Positions 9,378 through 20,109 of a stretch of DNA of 64,000 nucleotides are shown here, one piece after another. Below the pieces are notes generated by a model, which was given only the letters and a program-made list of their open reading frames with translations, did no database searches and was not told the origin of the DNA. The stretch is from positions 32,001 to 96,000 of the forward strand of contig JAZDCY010000035.1 of the NCBI GenBank assembly GCA_036679645.1, in the 5' to 3' direction. Position 1 is the stretch's first letter. The number at the start of each line of letters is the position of its first letter. Origin of the DNA: Gemmatimonadota bacterium (lineage in GTDB: Bacteria > Gemmatimonadota > Gemmatimonadetes > Gemmatimonadales > GWC2-71-9). Made by a program: the position numbers and the translations under genes.

Positions 9378-11554
9378 TCCGCGAGTAGAGGATTCGGGCC
9401 GCCCTGCGTGACCTCAAAATAGCGTCCATCCGAGCGGATCGTTACGGTACCCCCTCGGTCGGTACGGTAGACACTGACATCTCGTGTACGCAACCGCTGT
9501 AGCACGACTGCCGCTGGATGCCCGTACCCATTTTGGCCCACGCTGATGACGGCGACCTTGGGCCGGACGGCATCGAGCCACGCATCGTGTGAACTCCCCG
9601 CGGAGCCGTGGTGGCCCACCTTCAGCAGCTCGACCTGTTGCAGGTCATCGATGAGCAGGGATTCGGCGGGCCACCCGATATCGCCGGTGAACAACGCGTC
9701 GAAACGTCCAAAGGTGACCCGCACGACCACGGAGTTCTCGTTGGGCCGCAGCTCGCGCTCGAGCGACGACGCGTCCGGGTGGAGTACCGCGAGGGTCACG
9801 CCGTCGACGATGAGCGTGTCGCCCGCTCGTGCCGCAGACCACCGTGTGCCGGCCTCCGCGACCGCGCCGAGGTATTCGAGGTACAGCTCCGTTCCGAGCG
9901 GCTGACCCGGCTCAATCACGCGGCCAACCGGAACCGCGCCGAGCACCGCCGGTATCCCACCGAGGTGGTCGGCGTCCCCATGGGAGATGATCACGAGGTC
10001 GAGCGCGTGCACCCCGTGGCGGCGCAAAAAAGGGACCACGACACGCCGGCCGGCGTCTCCCGACAGTGTGCGCGGCCCTCCATCAACGAGTACCCAACGG
10101 CCGTGCGGCGTGCGCAGGACGATCGCGTCACCCTGACCGACATCGAGCACGTGGAGGGTGAGTCCCCCGGTGCTACCGATGGGAAGATGGTCCAGCGCAA
10201 CGAACGTCCACGAGAGGATTGCCGCACCCGCCAGGAGGCGCCACCGCACCAAGGCCCAGGTCGGGCGGCGAAAGACGATCCACGCGGCGCCTGACACCAG
10301 CACGAACCAGGGCAGTGCGAAGCCCACGCCTGGGTCCCCGCTCAGATGGCCCCCGGGGATCGCCGCGCCAAGTGCCGCGACACGCTCGATTCCCGTCAAC
10401 GCCAATCCGGCGCCGCGTGCCAGGGTGCCGCCTGCGACGAGGCTTCCGAAGACGGCAGGTACCGCCACGCCTGCAAGCGGAATGGCAATGAGGTTAGCGA
10501 CGATGCCAACCGGAGCCACCGACCCGAACGTGAGTGCCGTGATGGGAGCCGTCGCCACCGTCGCTCCGACCGATGCCACCACCAGCCGCGCCACCCCGCG
10601 GGCGCGCGGCGCCAGACGTAGCGCGGATGCCGTGCCCCACAACGCCCCGCAGGAGAGCCACGCCCCGACACTCGTGACGGCGCCGGGCGTCACGGCGACA
10701 ATCGCGAACACTGCCACAGCGAGAATCGTCGTGGGTGACGGGTGACGCTGTCGGACACGCGCGGTGCCATAGAGCGTGATGAACCAGGCCGCCCGGAACG
10801 CGGGAGCGGGGAATCCCAGCACAGCTACGTAGATCCACACACCCACGGCAGCACAGGCCCACGCGTGACGTCCGGCTCCCACCAGGCGCGCGACAAGAGC
10901 GAGCCAAAGACTCAGGATTCCAACGTGCAGACCGGAGATGGCCAACACGTGCGCCAGCCCGCTCTCCACAAAGCGAGCACGGAGCGCAGGAGAGATGTCT
11001 CCCCGACGGCCCAGAACGAGCGCCGCCACAAGACCGCTACGTGGCCCATACAACGCGTCGATCCGACGCGCGACGCGGTCGCGTATCCGGTAGCGCAGCC
11101 CGGGACGCCGGTCGAGTACCCGGAAACGATCGACCGCAAGGATATTGCCCCACCGGACGACGCCCACCGCGACGATAGTAGCTCCCGACCTCACATGTGC
11201 TTCACCAACACCAATGCGGACCGTGCCCGAACAGCCGGCCGGACTGTGTATCACGGTAGCCTGTGCCCTACCCCGTGTATCGGGCGCGTCGTGAATCCGC
11301 AGGATCGCCGCCTGTTTCCCGGGTCTCCACAACGCGGCGCACCCAACTCGCCGTTCTTGCGCGGTCACCGAACCGACCGATGTGCCAATCGCGAAGGCCA
11401 CCAACATCGTGCCGTGCGTCCGCGATCCGCGCGCGGTCACTACGACCGCCACGCCCACGAGAAGCACAACCACGCTCACGGGTACCAAAACAACGAGGCC
11501 GGTCACGAGACCGGCCCCGAAGATGATCGTAAACAAACGAACGGGCGGTCTCAC
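9236..11554 (-). CDS. comEC: ComEC/Rec2 DNA-uptake channel (start uncertain, 11554-11590)
   Basis: HVLAISGLH competence motif, multiple TM segments, MBL domain DVGQGD...[10 protein letters not shown]...GHHGS. Confidence 0.92.
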   Translation of the reverse strand: MRPPVRLFTIIFGAGLVTGLVVLVPVSVVVLLVGVAVVVTARGSRTHGTMLVAFAIGTSVGSVTAQERRVGCAALWRPGKQAAILRIHDAPDTRGRAQATVIHSPAGCSGTVRIGVGEAHVRSGATIVAVGVVRWGNILAVDRFRVLDRRPGLRYRIRDRVARRIDALYGPRSGLVAALVLGRRGDISPALRARFVESGLAHVLAISGLHVGILSLWLALVARLVGAGRHAWACAAVGVWIYVAVLGFPAPAFRAAWFITLYGTARVRQRHPSPTTILAVAVFAIVAVTPGAVTSVGAWLSCGALWGTASALRLAPRARGVARLVVASVGATVATAPITALTFGSVAPVGIVANLIAIPLAGVAVPAVFGSLVAGGTLARGAGLALTGIERVAALGAAIPGGHLSGDPGVGFALPWFVLVSGAAWIVFRRPTWALVRWRLLAGAAILSWTFVALDHLPIGSTGGLTLHVLDVGQGDAIVLRTPHGRWVLVDGGPRTLSGDAGRRVVVPFLRRHGVHALDLVIISHGDADHLGGIPAVLGAVPVGRVIEPGQPLGTELYLEYLGAVAEAGTRWSAARAGDTLIVDGVTLAVLHPDASSLERELRPNENSVVVRVTFGRFDALFTGDIGWPAESLLIDDLQQVELLKVGHHGSAGSSHDAWLDAVRPKVAVISVGQNGYGHPAAVVLQRLRTRDVSVYRTDRGGTVTIRSDGRYFEVTQGGPNPLLAEWPCQVRRWLQSRASSSNRSACTPKPRGSSPASFTTWRSPPRTYRPM

Positions 11555-11567
11555 CGCCCGCACTCCG

Positions 11568-13136
11568 CTACAAAGGCGCTTCCGGTACATCGTGTCCGGG
11601 TCGCGGGGATGCCCTGACGACTCGCAAACCGTTGAGCAGCGCGACCGACACGTCCGCGGTCTGTTGGTCCGCCTGCATTGCCACGTGTTGCAGCACGCCG
11701 CCGCGTCGCTCGGTGACGTAGTGCGGCGGGAGCCGATTCAGCGCGTACACGATAACGTCGTCGCGGCACCGCTCGCATCCGCAGAACTCGTCTATCGTCC
11801 CCACCATGCGGTCGTACTCGCGTAGAGCCAAAGCTCGCACCGCCTGCGCGGGCACACCAGTGAACGTCGACCCCGTCGTTCCGGAAAGTCTGACGTCGAT
11901 GTACCGACCAATCCACTCGCGTGGCCCGTCCACGAGGACGACCTTGTTGGTGCGCGACCGCGCCTGCAGCAGGCCGCCCCGCTTCGCGACCTTCTCCACC
12001 AGCACCTCCATGACGGACCCGACGAGCGCCATGTTCCGCCGCCGTGCTGTCTGGCGCACGACGCGAATGAGTCGCTCGAGCCGGGCCGCCGCAATGTCGT
12101 CGGGCACGGGACTGGGCAACCGCAGTGCACCCGTACCGTCTCGCGGCGAGTAGCGGAAGGTGTACGCGTCGTCGAATCCGACTTCACACACGAGATCTTC
12201 GGTGGCCGTGTAGTCCTCCTCCGACTCCCCCGGGAACCCCACGATGATATCGGTGGTGATGGCAAGGCCCGGAAGGGCCACCCGCAACCGCTCGACGCAA
12301 TCGAGGTACTGGTCGCGGTCGTAGCGGCGCCCCATGCGTTTGAGCAGCCGTGATGACCCGCTCTGTACGGGGAGATGGACGTGCTCGCACACGGCGGGCT
12401 CGTCGGCCATTGCCTCGATGACATTGGGTGTGAAGTCGGTAGGATACGGGCTCGTAAAGCGGAGCCGTCGAATACCCTCGACGCTGCCCACCGCGCGCAG
12501 CAGCGCAGCGAAATCGTGCTCGCCATCGTGATAGCTGTTGACCGTCTGCCCGAGGAGCGTGACTTGGGTAATGCCCCGCCCGGCCACCTGTTCCACTTCC
12601 GCAACGACATCCTGCAGTTTGCGACTGCGTTCGCGACCGCGCGTCATCGGAACGACGCAGAACGAGCACCTATAATCGCATCCGCGTTGCACCGTGACGA
12701 AGGCCCCGACACCTTGGGTATGTTCCTGGGGGATATCCTCGTAATGCTCCCAGGGCTTGAACTCCACGTCGACGGCGCGCGTACCCGCCTGCGCGCCGGC
12801 AATCAATTCCGGTAGCGCGCGATATCCGTCGGGACCGACGACCAGATCCACGTGTGGAGCTCGGTCGAGGAGCACGGGACCGAGCCGTTGCGCCATGCAC
12901 CCGACGACCCCGAGGATCACGCCAGGGCGCTTGTGCCGCTTCAACTCGCCTATCCGGCCCACGACACGCTGTTCCGCGTTCTCGCGAACGGCGCACGTGT
13001 TAACGAGCATCACGTCCGCAGTTGCAGGATCGTCGGTGGGCACAAAGCCATCCTGTCCCAAGACCCCTAAGATGAGATCGGAATCCGCGACGTTCATCTG
13101 ACAGCCGTAGGTCTCGATGTAGACGCGTTTGCTCAT
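11568..13136 (-). CDS. miaB: tRNA methylthiotransferase MiaB with a C-terminal ComFB-like domain
   Basis: TYGCQMN, NTCAVRENAE, GCMAQ, radical SAM CDYRCSFC and a TRAM domain, followed by about 88 aa containing FCGCERCRDD..ALNRLPPHY. Confidence 0.93.
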   Translation of the reverse strand: MSKRVYIETYGCQMNVADSDLILGVLGQDGFVPTDDPATADVMLVNTCAVRENAEQRVVGRIGELKRHKRPGVILGVVGCMAQRLGPVLLDRAPHVDLVVGPDGYRALPELIAGAQAGTRAVDVEFKPWEHYEDIPQEHTQGVGAFVTVQRGCDYRCSFCVVPMTRGRERSRKLQDVVAEVEQVAGRGITQVTLLGQTVNSYHDGEHDFAALLRAVGSVEGIRRLRFTSPYPTDFTPNVIEAMADEPAVCEHVHLPVQSGSSRLLKRMGRRYDRDQYLDCVERLRVALPGLAITTDIIVGFPGESEEDYTATEDLVCEVGFDDAYTFRYSPRDGTGALRLPSPVPDDIAAARLERLIRVVRQTARRRNMALVGSVMEVLVEKVAKRGGLLQARSRTNKVVLVDGPREWIGRYIDVRLSGTTGSTFTGVPAQAVRALALREYDRMVGTIDEFCGCERCRDDVIVYALNRLPPHYVTERRGGVLQHVAMQADQQTADVSVALLNGLRVVRASPRPGHDVPEAPL

Positions 13137-14389
13137 GCCGCTGCTACCGGTTCCGCCATGAGGCCATCACCCACCCTGCGCAATCGACCCCGGAATCTGT
13201 CCGGTGGCGGTGACGCTTTGGTGGGAAGGTAGACCGGCAGGTAATCCTCCGTGAGACCTTCGTATCGCCCACCTCGCCGTTCCAGGAGCACGATGTCTGC
13301 CATTCCGCCATCGCGCGCAGCACGATGCGCCGCTGTCTTCTCCGCCACGAGCCGGCGGAGCGCTTCCGCCCGTCGGCGCGCCGTCGGCGGAGGCGCCGGC
13401 GGGCCGAGATGACGGGCCGCGGCCCCAGGGCGTTCTGAGTAGGGGAAGATATGAGCGTAGGTGAAGGGCAGCGTGCGGACGACCGCCTCGGTTTCCCGAT
13501 GATCTCGCTCGGTTTCTCCGGGAAACCCGACGATTACATCGGCGCCCAGACCGAAGGTCGGCAACCTGCTTGCGAGCCACTCGAGCCGCGCGCGGTATGC
13601 GCGCGCGCTGTACCAATGGCGCCCCATGCGCTTGAGCACGCGATCGCTGCCCGACTGGAGGGGCGCGTGAATATGCGGCGCTAGTCGATCCGGCATCTCG
13701 ATCATGAGTGCCGCGAGCTGGTCGTCCACTTCGGTCGCCTCGATGGACGACAACCGAAACCGTACGCCGGGTATCTCGCAGATCAACCGTTCCATGAGCT
13801 GGCCGAGCGTAGAGGCAGTGCCCCGGTCGCGGCCGTATGTACCAATGTGCACGCCCGTGATCACGATCTCACGTGTCGTCGTGGCGAGCTGCCGCGCCTC
13901 CTCCACCAGGTCGGCGACGAGCCGCGACCGGTTGTCACCCCGAGCCAGCGTGGTCGCGCAGAACGTGCAGTGCTCATCGCATCCGTCCTGCACCTTGAGC
14001 CATGCGCGTGTGCCGCGTGTGAATCGCCGCAGCACGCGATCGATTGGCGTGGAGGCAAGATCGAGCGCATCCAGAACCGCCGCGGGGTCGGCCGCTCCGA
14101 CCACCCGCCGCACGCCAGGGAGAGCGGCAATCGTGCCGTCATCCAGCGCCGCAGCGCATCCCATCACGACTGTGCGGATGCCCGGCCGCGCACGGGCGAG
14201 GCGCCGGACGAGCCCGCGCATCTTGGCTTCGCCGGTGTGCGTTACGGTACAGGAGTTGACGACGGCGGCATCGGCCATTCGCGGGTCGTCCACTACCGAC
14301 GCCCCCGCCGACTCCAGCGCCTGCCGGACCGTCTCGGTGTCGTATTGGTTGGCTTTGCAGCCGAAGGTGTGGAGGTAGACCGCCGTCAT
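13133..14389 (-). CDS. mtaB: tRNA t6A methylthiotransferase MtaB-like
   Basis: TFGCKANQYD, NSCTVT, KVQDGCDEHCTFC, RLSSIE. Start at MTAVYL. Confidence 0.85.
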   Translation of the reverse strand: MTAVYLHTFGCKANQYDTETVRQALESAGASVVDDPRMADAAVVNSCTVTHTGEAKMRGLVRRLARARPGIRTVVMGCAAALDDGTIAALPGVRRVVGAADPAAVLDALDLASTPIDRVLRRFTRGTRAWLKVQDGCDEHCTFCATTLARGDNRSRLVADLVEEARQLATTTREIVITGVHIGTYGRDRGTASTLGQLMERLICEIPGVRFRLSSIEATEVDDQLAALMIEMPDRLAPHIHAPLQSGSDRVLKRMGRHWYSARAYRARLEWLASRLPTFGLGADVIVGFPGETERDHRETEAVVRTLPFTYAHIFPYSERPGAAARHLGPPAPPPTARRRAEALRRLVAEKTAAHRAARDGGMADIVLLERRGGRYEGLTEDYLPVYLPTKASPPPDRFRGRLRRVGDGLMAEPVAAA

Positions 14390-15528
14390 GGACGGACGGT
14401 CATGCCGACCGAGATCTGCCATACCCGTTCGCGCACGCCGGTACCGTCGCGCAGCACGCGCTGCACGACCACGTCGAGCAACCCGCGACTATTCGCGAAG
14501 GCCACGCCGGTGCCGAACGAAAAATCGAGTTCCCGCGGCCGGCGGGCGTCGGGCGCAAAGGGAAGCTGCGCGTAACGAAACCCGAGCCGCAGTGGGATGC
14601 GCGATGTGCCGGTTGCGGCACCGCCGAGTTCCAGACCGGTCCCAATCTCCCAAGTATTGAACGCGGTCGTGCCTGCCGCGACGACGTCCGCTGCCGCATC
14701 CGACCACGATCGCCATTGCCCCGTTACCGTCAGGCGCAGGGCCGGGAAAGGCGCGAGTTGAATACCCCCCGTGATGGTGGCCGGGAGATCGAATTCCCCA
14801 ACCTGTACCGAGTCCAACGTCACCTCGAGGTCCCCGTCAATGCGCACGGCGCCGCCAATATCCATACCGGGCAGAGCGTTCCACAGGAAACCAACGGCGG
14901 CTCCCACTCCCGAAAAACTCGATCTCCCGTCCTGCCGGAACGACCGGAACGAACTGTCCTCAAACGTCCGCCGGACCTCGAGCTTGGTCGATCCGCTCAG
15001 GAGATGGACGGAAACGCCCACCGACAAGCGATCGGAGGCCGCCCACGCAAGCGCCCCCCGGATGTCCGCGATGCCCCCATCCGACATGATCCGGTCTTCC
15101 ACGCCGACCGCCGTTCCGCGCAAGATCATCGTGTCACTGGCGGTGATATCGAAGGTGCGTTCCGCATAGGTCGCCATACTAATCGCAAACGCCATCCGTC
15201 TCGATAACCGCCCGCCCACCAGGGCCAGAGGGAACCGTGTGCTCCGTAGTCCGTCTGCCGCCACGCCCGCGACTTCATAGGAGCGTAACTCGGTTCCCGA
15301 AATCGCCATCGCCGTGGGGCGCCGGAATCCGATAGGAGCCGCCGGGTTGATGGCCGACGCCGGGTCGAAAAGCGCACTACCCCCGCCAAGTGCCAGCGAG
15401 CGAGCGCTCAGCGGCCGGCCGGGAAACCCGATCCCGTGCACGGCGTACACAGACACCTGTGACCGGAGCTGGGTCGGGACCGCCAACGCGACTAGCAGCA
15501 GGGACACGATACTCGCGGATCGCATCAT
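14386..15528 (-). CDS. Putative outer-membrane beta-barrel (FadL/PorV-like)
   Basis: Signal peptide, SARSLALGG...INPAA plug-like motif, alternating amphipathic beta pattern. Confidence 0.6.
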   Translation of the reverse strand: MMRSASIVSLLLVALAVPTQLRSQVSVYAVHGIGFPGRPLSARSLALGGGSALFDPASAINPAAPIGFRRPTAMAISGTELRSYEVAGVAADGLRSTRFPLALVGGRLSRRMAFAISMATYAERTFDITASDTMILRGTAVGVEDRIMSDGGIADIRGALAWAASDRLSVGVSVHLLSGSTKLEVRRTFEDSSFRSFRQDGRSSFSGVGAAVGFLWNALPGMDIGGAVRIDGDLEVTLDSVQVGEFDLPATITGGIQLAPFPALRLTVTGQWRSWSDAAADVVAAGTTAFNTWEIGTGLELGGAATGTSRIPLRLGFRYAQLPFAPDARRPRELDFSFGTGVAFANSRGLLDVVVQRVLRDGTGVRERVWQISVGMTVRP

Positions 15529-16754
15529 CGGAAGAAGTCCACTGGAGGAACGAACGTTATGTGGAGTACGGGTCGTGTGGCAGCGTTTGCGGTCGATCCA
15601 AAACGCGCCTCCACGAACGAGGCCCCTTCCGGGACGGCTCGGAGAACGACGACCCGTGGTCGCTCGGGATCGAGCTGGAAATCGGTCAGGAGATCGGTGA
15701 TGTCGATGCGCACCGTGTCCGTCGCACCCGCTGTCACCAAGGTTGACCGAAACGGGATCGAGTCCGCCCGCACCGTGACGAGCGGCGACTTCGCCCCGAC
15801 ATCGGCCGAGACGCGCTGAACGAGGATACGCGCAGAGTCCGTCGGAGCGCCGAGGACGGCTTCGGTGAGTACCAGGACCAGTGTCGCGCGCACGATCTTG
15901 GCCGAGTCGAGGATCGACGATGGGATATCGAGCCGCAGCACTGCGCGCGCGGCAGGTACGCCACCGACGCGCAAGACATCGGCGGCCGGCAGTGGCAGGG
16001 GCGCCGCCACGAAGGTATCGAAGTCAGGCTGTCGCGCGTCGGAAACCTCGACCTCCCCCGCACCCGAATCGACGCGCGCGAACCTGGTGAGGATCGCCGC
16101 ATTGCCGACTTCGATTGCCCCTAGCGTCAGGAATGCGGGTTCTGGGCTCCGCAGCACGACACCAATGGAAGCGCGGCGCCCGTCGCTATCGAACGTAGGG
16201 AACGCGCTATCGGGAAGGACCGTACTGATGGTGTCCGCGGTAAGGCTGTCCGGGATCGGTAGCACCATGAGCAGTGTGCTGTCCGCAAAAAACGGTTCGA
16301 GCGATGCGAAGCTAGCCGTCGTATCGATATCGGCTGGGAGACGATGGAGGGCCAGCTCCAGACCCGCCACACCTTGGCTCCGGAGCACGACCGGCAGGGT
16401 CACCGCGAACGAATCGATACCCACAACGGCACCCGTTACGGTGTCGGTAGCGGCGACCGGCAAGCGATCGGGAAACGCGATGAAGCGGATGACGCTACGG
16501 CTCTGCGTGACGCCACTCGTTGCACCGGTGTCGTTGACCAACTGCATGCCCGCCGCTTCGGACCCGTTCACGAAGCCAATGAATGTCGAATCACCAACTA
16601 TGCCCTGACCCAAGACCGTATCCACGAGCTGCACCGATGCGGGTGGACAGAAGTCCGGGCAAGCCCCTGGTGCCGTGGTGGCCTCGCGGCATCCCGCGAG
16701 AGCGAGTGCGGTCGCGCCGAGCGATACGGCCCATGCGCGCGAGGCGCGCGTCAT
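15525..16754 (-). CDS. Putative lipoprotein of unknown function
   Basis: Signal peptide with LAGC lipobox and a beta-rich body. Coupled to both neighbours by ATGA overlaps. Confidence 0.7.
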   Translation of the reverse strand: MTRASRAWAVSLGATALALAGCREATTAPGACPDFCPPASVQLVDTVLGQGIVGDSTFIGFVNGSEAAGMQLVNDTGATSGVTQSRSVIRFIAFPDRLPVAATDTVTGAVVGIDSFAVTLPVVLRSQGVAGLELALHRLPADIDTTASFASLEPFFADSTLLMVLPIPDSLTADTISTVLPDSAFPTFDSDGRRASIGVVLRSPEPAFLTLGAIEVGNAAILTRFARVDSGAGEVEVSDARQPDFDTFVAAPLPLPAADVLRVGGVPAARAVLRLDIPSSILDSAKIVRATLVLVLTEAVLGAPTDSARILVQRVSADVGAKSPLVTVRADSIPFRSTLVTAGATDTVRIDITDLLTDFQLDPERPRVVVLRAVPEGASFVEARFGSTANAATRPVLHITFVPPVDFFR

Positions 16755-17050
16755 GTTAGATCCTCCGGCCCGAATTTGTGCGGGAGGAGCTCGCTGAGGC
16801 TCCACCGCAGGGCACCGGTGGGGCCAACCGCTTCCACCGTGAGACCGGCTCCGAACTCCGCAAGCACCTCGGCACAGTTGCTGAGTCCGTACGACGCATT
16901 CTCGACGTTCGCGCCCACGAACACGCGGCCGTCGTCCGCCTCGAGGGCAGCGCCGACGCGGAATCCGCTGTACGGCGCGTACGCCTCGGCCTGTGCCGCG
17001 CGCGCGGCGGCGAGCAGTCGTTTGTCTGCACCCTTCAGAGGCTCAACCAA
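16751..17050 (-). pseudogene. cdd: Cytidine deaminase with an in-frame internal deletion
   Basis: [14 protein letters not shown] and [16 protein letters not shown] are joined directly to VLAEF, so the PCxxCRQ motif is absent. TTG start at 17050 with GGGAGAG upstream. Confidence 0.8.
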
Positions 17051-18200
17051 GTATCTCTCCCAAGAACGAATCCCCCACAGATGGCTGAATACCAAAGTAA
17101 TCAGCCACCGTCGCGCCGATGTCCGCAAAGCTGGATCGGGTGCCCAGATCCACCGCGCGCACGCCCGGGCCAACCGCTAGAAGCGGGACCGCCTCGCGCG
17201 AATGGTCGGTCGAATCGGTCGTCGGATCGGTGCCGTGATCGGCCGTGAGGAGCATCAGATCGTCGGGCTGGAGTAGGTCGATCAGCCTCGGCAACTCGCG
17301 ATCGAGCTCCTGAAGCCCCTGATAGAACCCCGCAACGTCGTTGCGGTGCCCCCAGCTCTGATCGAATTCGATCACGTTGACGAACAACAGCCCCCGATCC
17401 ATCGAGGTGAGCGCCTCAGCAACGAGCACATACGCGTCGCGGTTCGTGGGCGTGTGCCGGCTCGTAATCGACCGAGCGGCGAAGAGGTCATCGACCTTGC
17501 CCACGCCCACCCGCGGCACGCCCGCTTCTGCCAGCCGGTCCAGCAGCGTCGGACCAGCCGGCGGGAGCGAGAAGTCCCGTCTATGCGCCGTCCGGTGGAA
17601 CGCGCCGGGCTCGCCTCTGTAGGGTCGGGCAATCACCCGTGAGACCCCGTGCTCCCCCTGGAGCATCGCGCGAGCGGATTGGCACGCCGCGTACAGTTCA
17701 TCGAGCGGAATGACCTCTTCGTGCGCGGCGATCTGAAAAACCGAATCCGCCGAAGTGTACACGATCCATGCGCCGCTCCGCATCTGCTCGGCGCCGAACT
17801 GCTCGATGATCGCCGTTCCCGATGCGGGCCGGTTGGCGAGCACGCCGCGTCCGGTCCGCCTAGCGAACGTCTCCACGACATTGGGTGGGAAGCCGTCCGG
17901 ATACACCGGGAACGGCTGCTCGACCAACAGCTCGCAGATCTCCCAATGACCCGTCGTGCTGTCTTTCCCCTTGGACCGGGGCAACGCCACTCCATACGCC
18001 GCCCGGGGATCGGTACAGGCGAGCCCGGGAATGGGCCGGCAGCACCCCAATCCGAGCGCCGCGAGGAACGGTGTCTCGAGCCCGCCGACGGCACGCGCAA
18101 CGTTCCCCAGGGTGTCGCTCCCCCCGTCTCCGTACTCCTCCTGGTCGGGACACGCCCCAATACCGAGTCCGTCCAGGATGATCAAGGCGACCCGCCCCAT
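17043..18200 (-). CDS. deoB: Phosphopentomutase
   Basis: [55 protein letters not shown]. Confidence 0.96.
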   Translation of the reverse strand: MGRVALIILDGLGIGACPDQEEYGDGGSDTLGNVARAVGGLETPFLAALGLGCCRPIPGLACTDPRAAYGVALPRSKGKDSTTGHWEICELLVEQPFPVYPDGFPPNVVETFARRTGRGVLANRPASGTAIIEQFGAEQMRSGAWIVYTSADSVFQIAAHEEVIPLDELYAACQSARAMLQGEHGVSRVIARPYRGEPGAFHRTAHRRDFSLPPAGPTLLDRLAEAGVPRVGVGKVDDLFAARSITSRHTPTNRDAYVLVAEALTSMDRGLLFVNVIEFDQSWGHRNDVAGFYQGLQELDRELPRLIDLLQPDDLMLLTADHGTDPTTDSTDHSREAVPLLAVGPGVRAVDLGTRSSFADIGATVADYFGIQPSVGDSFLGEILG

Positions 18201-19249
18201 TACGTGACGTATCTCCGCACCAATCGCGGACCGAGCCGGGCGATGACCTCGTAGGAGATCGTCCCCGCCCACTCGGCGACATCGTCGATCGTGATCGCCT
18301 CTGGGCCACTTGTCCCGATCACCGTAGCGACGTCACCGACCCGCACTGGCGTATCCACACCGACATCGGCCATGATGAAGTCCATCGTTACCCGCCCGAC
18401 CACTGGGTAGCGTGCGCCGCTCAGCAACACGTGGGCGCGGCCCTGCCCCGCCCGGAGAACGCCATCGGCGTAGCCGATCGCGAGCGTCGCGACCCGCGTC
18501 ACATGCGGAGCGCGCCACTCGGCCCCATAGCTCACCGTGTCGCCCGGCTCGAGCGTGCGGACACTCACTACGGCAGCGCGAACCGACACCACGGGCAGCG
18601 GGTCGGCGAGTCCGTCACCTGCTTTTCCACCGTAGAGGAAGATCCCGGGACGGCAGAGATCGAGACGATCGTGCATGCGCCACGCACCCGCACTGTTGGC
18701 CGCATGCAGGAGACGTGGGCGCGTGGGAAACTGCGCCGCGGCAGTGCGAAACCGTTCCTCTTGCTCCGCGGTCGCGGCGGGATTTGTGTCTGCCGCGTAG
18801 AAGTGCGTGAAGGCCCCCTCCAGATGTGCACCGGCACAGGCGCGCAAGGCATCGGTATCCGACCAGCGTACACCGCACCGGCCCATACCCGTGTCGATCT
18901 CGACGTGATAGGGGAGCGTCCAGCCGCCCGCTACCGTCGGGTCGTCGAGCACCGCCGTGAGGCTGGATTGCCGGTACACGTCGAGCTGATCCGGGACCGG
19001 GGGTGTGAAGACGAGGATCGGTCGGGCAATGCCAGCAGCGCGAAGTTCGAGCCCCTCCGGCACGGTGGCGACGCCATACCCCCACGGATCGACCGCCTCG
19101 AGCGCCCCTACTGCCTCGAGAACTCCCAGCCCATAGGCGTTGGCTTTGACCATGGGGAGCAACGAGATTCCACCCGCCGCCGCTTGCACGGTGCGCGCGT
19201 TTTCGAGGAGGTTGGCGAGGTTGATCTCAACCCACGCGCGCTGGCTCAT
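18200..19249 (-). CDS. alr: Alanine racemase
   Basis: VKANAYG PLP-lysine motif, DTGMGR, ANSA, RPGIFLYG, GYADG, GRVTMD, GTISYE. Confidence 0.96.
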   Translation of the reverse strand: MSQRAWVEINLANLLENARTVQAAAGGISLLPMVKANAYGLGVLEAVGALEAVDPWGYGVATVPEGLELRAAGIARPILVFTPPVPDQLDVYRQSSLTAVLDDPTVAGGWTLPYHVEIDTGMGRCGVRWSDTDALRACAGAHLEGAFTHFYAADTNPAATAEQEERFRTAAAQFPTRPRLLHAANSAGAWRMHDRLDLCRPGIFLYGGKAGDGLADPLPVVSVRAAVVSVRTLEPGDTVSYGAEWRAPHVTRVATLAIGYADGVLRAGQGRAHVLLSGARYPVVGRVTMDFIMADVGVDTPVRVGDVATVIGTSGPEAITIDDVAEWAGTISYEVIARLGPRLVRRYVT

Positions 19250-19257
19250 GATTCGCG

Positions 19258-19311
19258 TTGACAGGTCCACAACGGGGTCGGTATTGTACCGGCCCAAGGC
19301 CCCAAATGCAA
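19258..19311. promoter_or_regulatory. Overlapping divergent sigma70 promoters (mazG and alr)
   Basis: Plus strand: TTGACA(19258)-18 bp-TATTGT(19282). Minus strand: TTGCAT(19311)-17 bp-TACAAT(19288). Confidence 0.55.
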
Positions 19312-20109
19312 GAACCATCAGCGCTTGGACGCATCGTCGAACTGGTACGGGACCTGCGCAGCCGCTGTCCGTGGGACGCCGCGCAGACGCCTGAGACGCT
19401 TCGTCCGTATCTCATCGAAGAGGTCTTCGAGCTGGACCACGCGATCGCCAAGCTCGAGCCGGAGGCAATCAAGACGGAGCTGGGAGATCTTCTGCTGCAC
19501 CTCGCCTTCCAGATCGTCCTGGCCGAAGAGCAAGACAAGTTCGGCGCCGAAGACCTCACGCGCGCGGTGGAGGAAAAGATGTGGCGGCGCCACCCGCACC
19601 TGTTCCCGGAACACGCGCCAGCTCCGTCCGGGGAGGCCCCGGAAAACGACAAGCTTTCGCCTCAAGAAATGTGGGAGCGTCAGAAGCTGGCCGAGCGTAC
19701 GGACGACCGTCCGTCGGTGCTCGACGGGCTCCCGCCCACGATGCCGGCCCTGGTCATGGCGTACCGCCTCCAGGAACGGGCCGCCGGGGTGGGATTCGAC
19801 TGGAAAGACGTGCGGGGCCCACTGGACAAGGTGCGGGAAGAAACCCTCGAGCTGTCCGCCGAACTCACCGATGGCGCGCCGGCCCGGGTGGAGGCGGAAC
19901 TCGGCGACCTCCTCTTTGCCGTCGTTAACCTGGGCCGGAAAGCGGGCTTCGACCCGCGTGCGGCACTCGAGAAAGCCAACGACCGGTTTCGCGACCGTTT
20001 TTGCGCGGTCGAGGCACTGGCAGCCGAGCGCGGCATCGAGGTTGGACGTGCCGACCTCGAGACGTTGGATGCGTTGTGGGATGAAGTGAAGGGACGCGCG
20101 GAGCGCTAG
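19306..20109 (+). CDS. mazG: Nucleoside triphosphate pyrophosphohydrolase MazG
   Basis: CPWD, EEVFEL, ELGDLL twice, RRHPH, GFDW. Confidence 0.95.
   Translation: MQEPSALGRIVELVRDLRSRCPWDAAQTPETLRPYLIEEVFELDHAIAKLEPEAIKTELGDLLLHLAFQIVLAEEQDKFGAEDLTRAVEEKMWRRHPHLFPEHAPAPSGEAPENDKLSPQEMWERQKLAERTDDRPSVLDGLPPTMPALVMAYRLQERAAGVGFDWKDVRGPLDKVREETLELSAELTDGAPARVEAELGDLLFAVVNLGRKAGFDPRAALEKANDRFRDRFCAVEALAAERGIEVGRADLETLDALWDEVKGRAER

Noticed and set aside
8359..9429. Apparent 871-aa mutase with a long N-terminal extension
   Set aside because: The extension is an alternative frame over fbp. The mutase start at 8358 has an ATGA overlap and gives a normal N-terminus.
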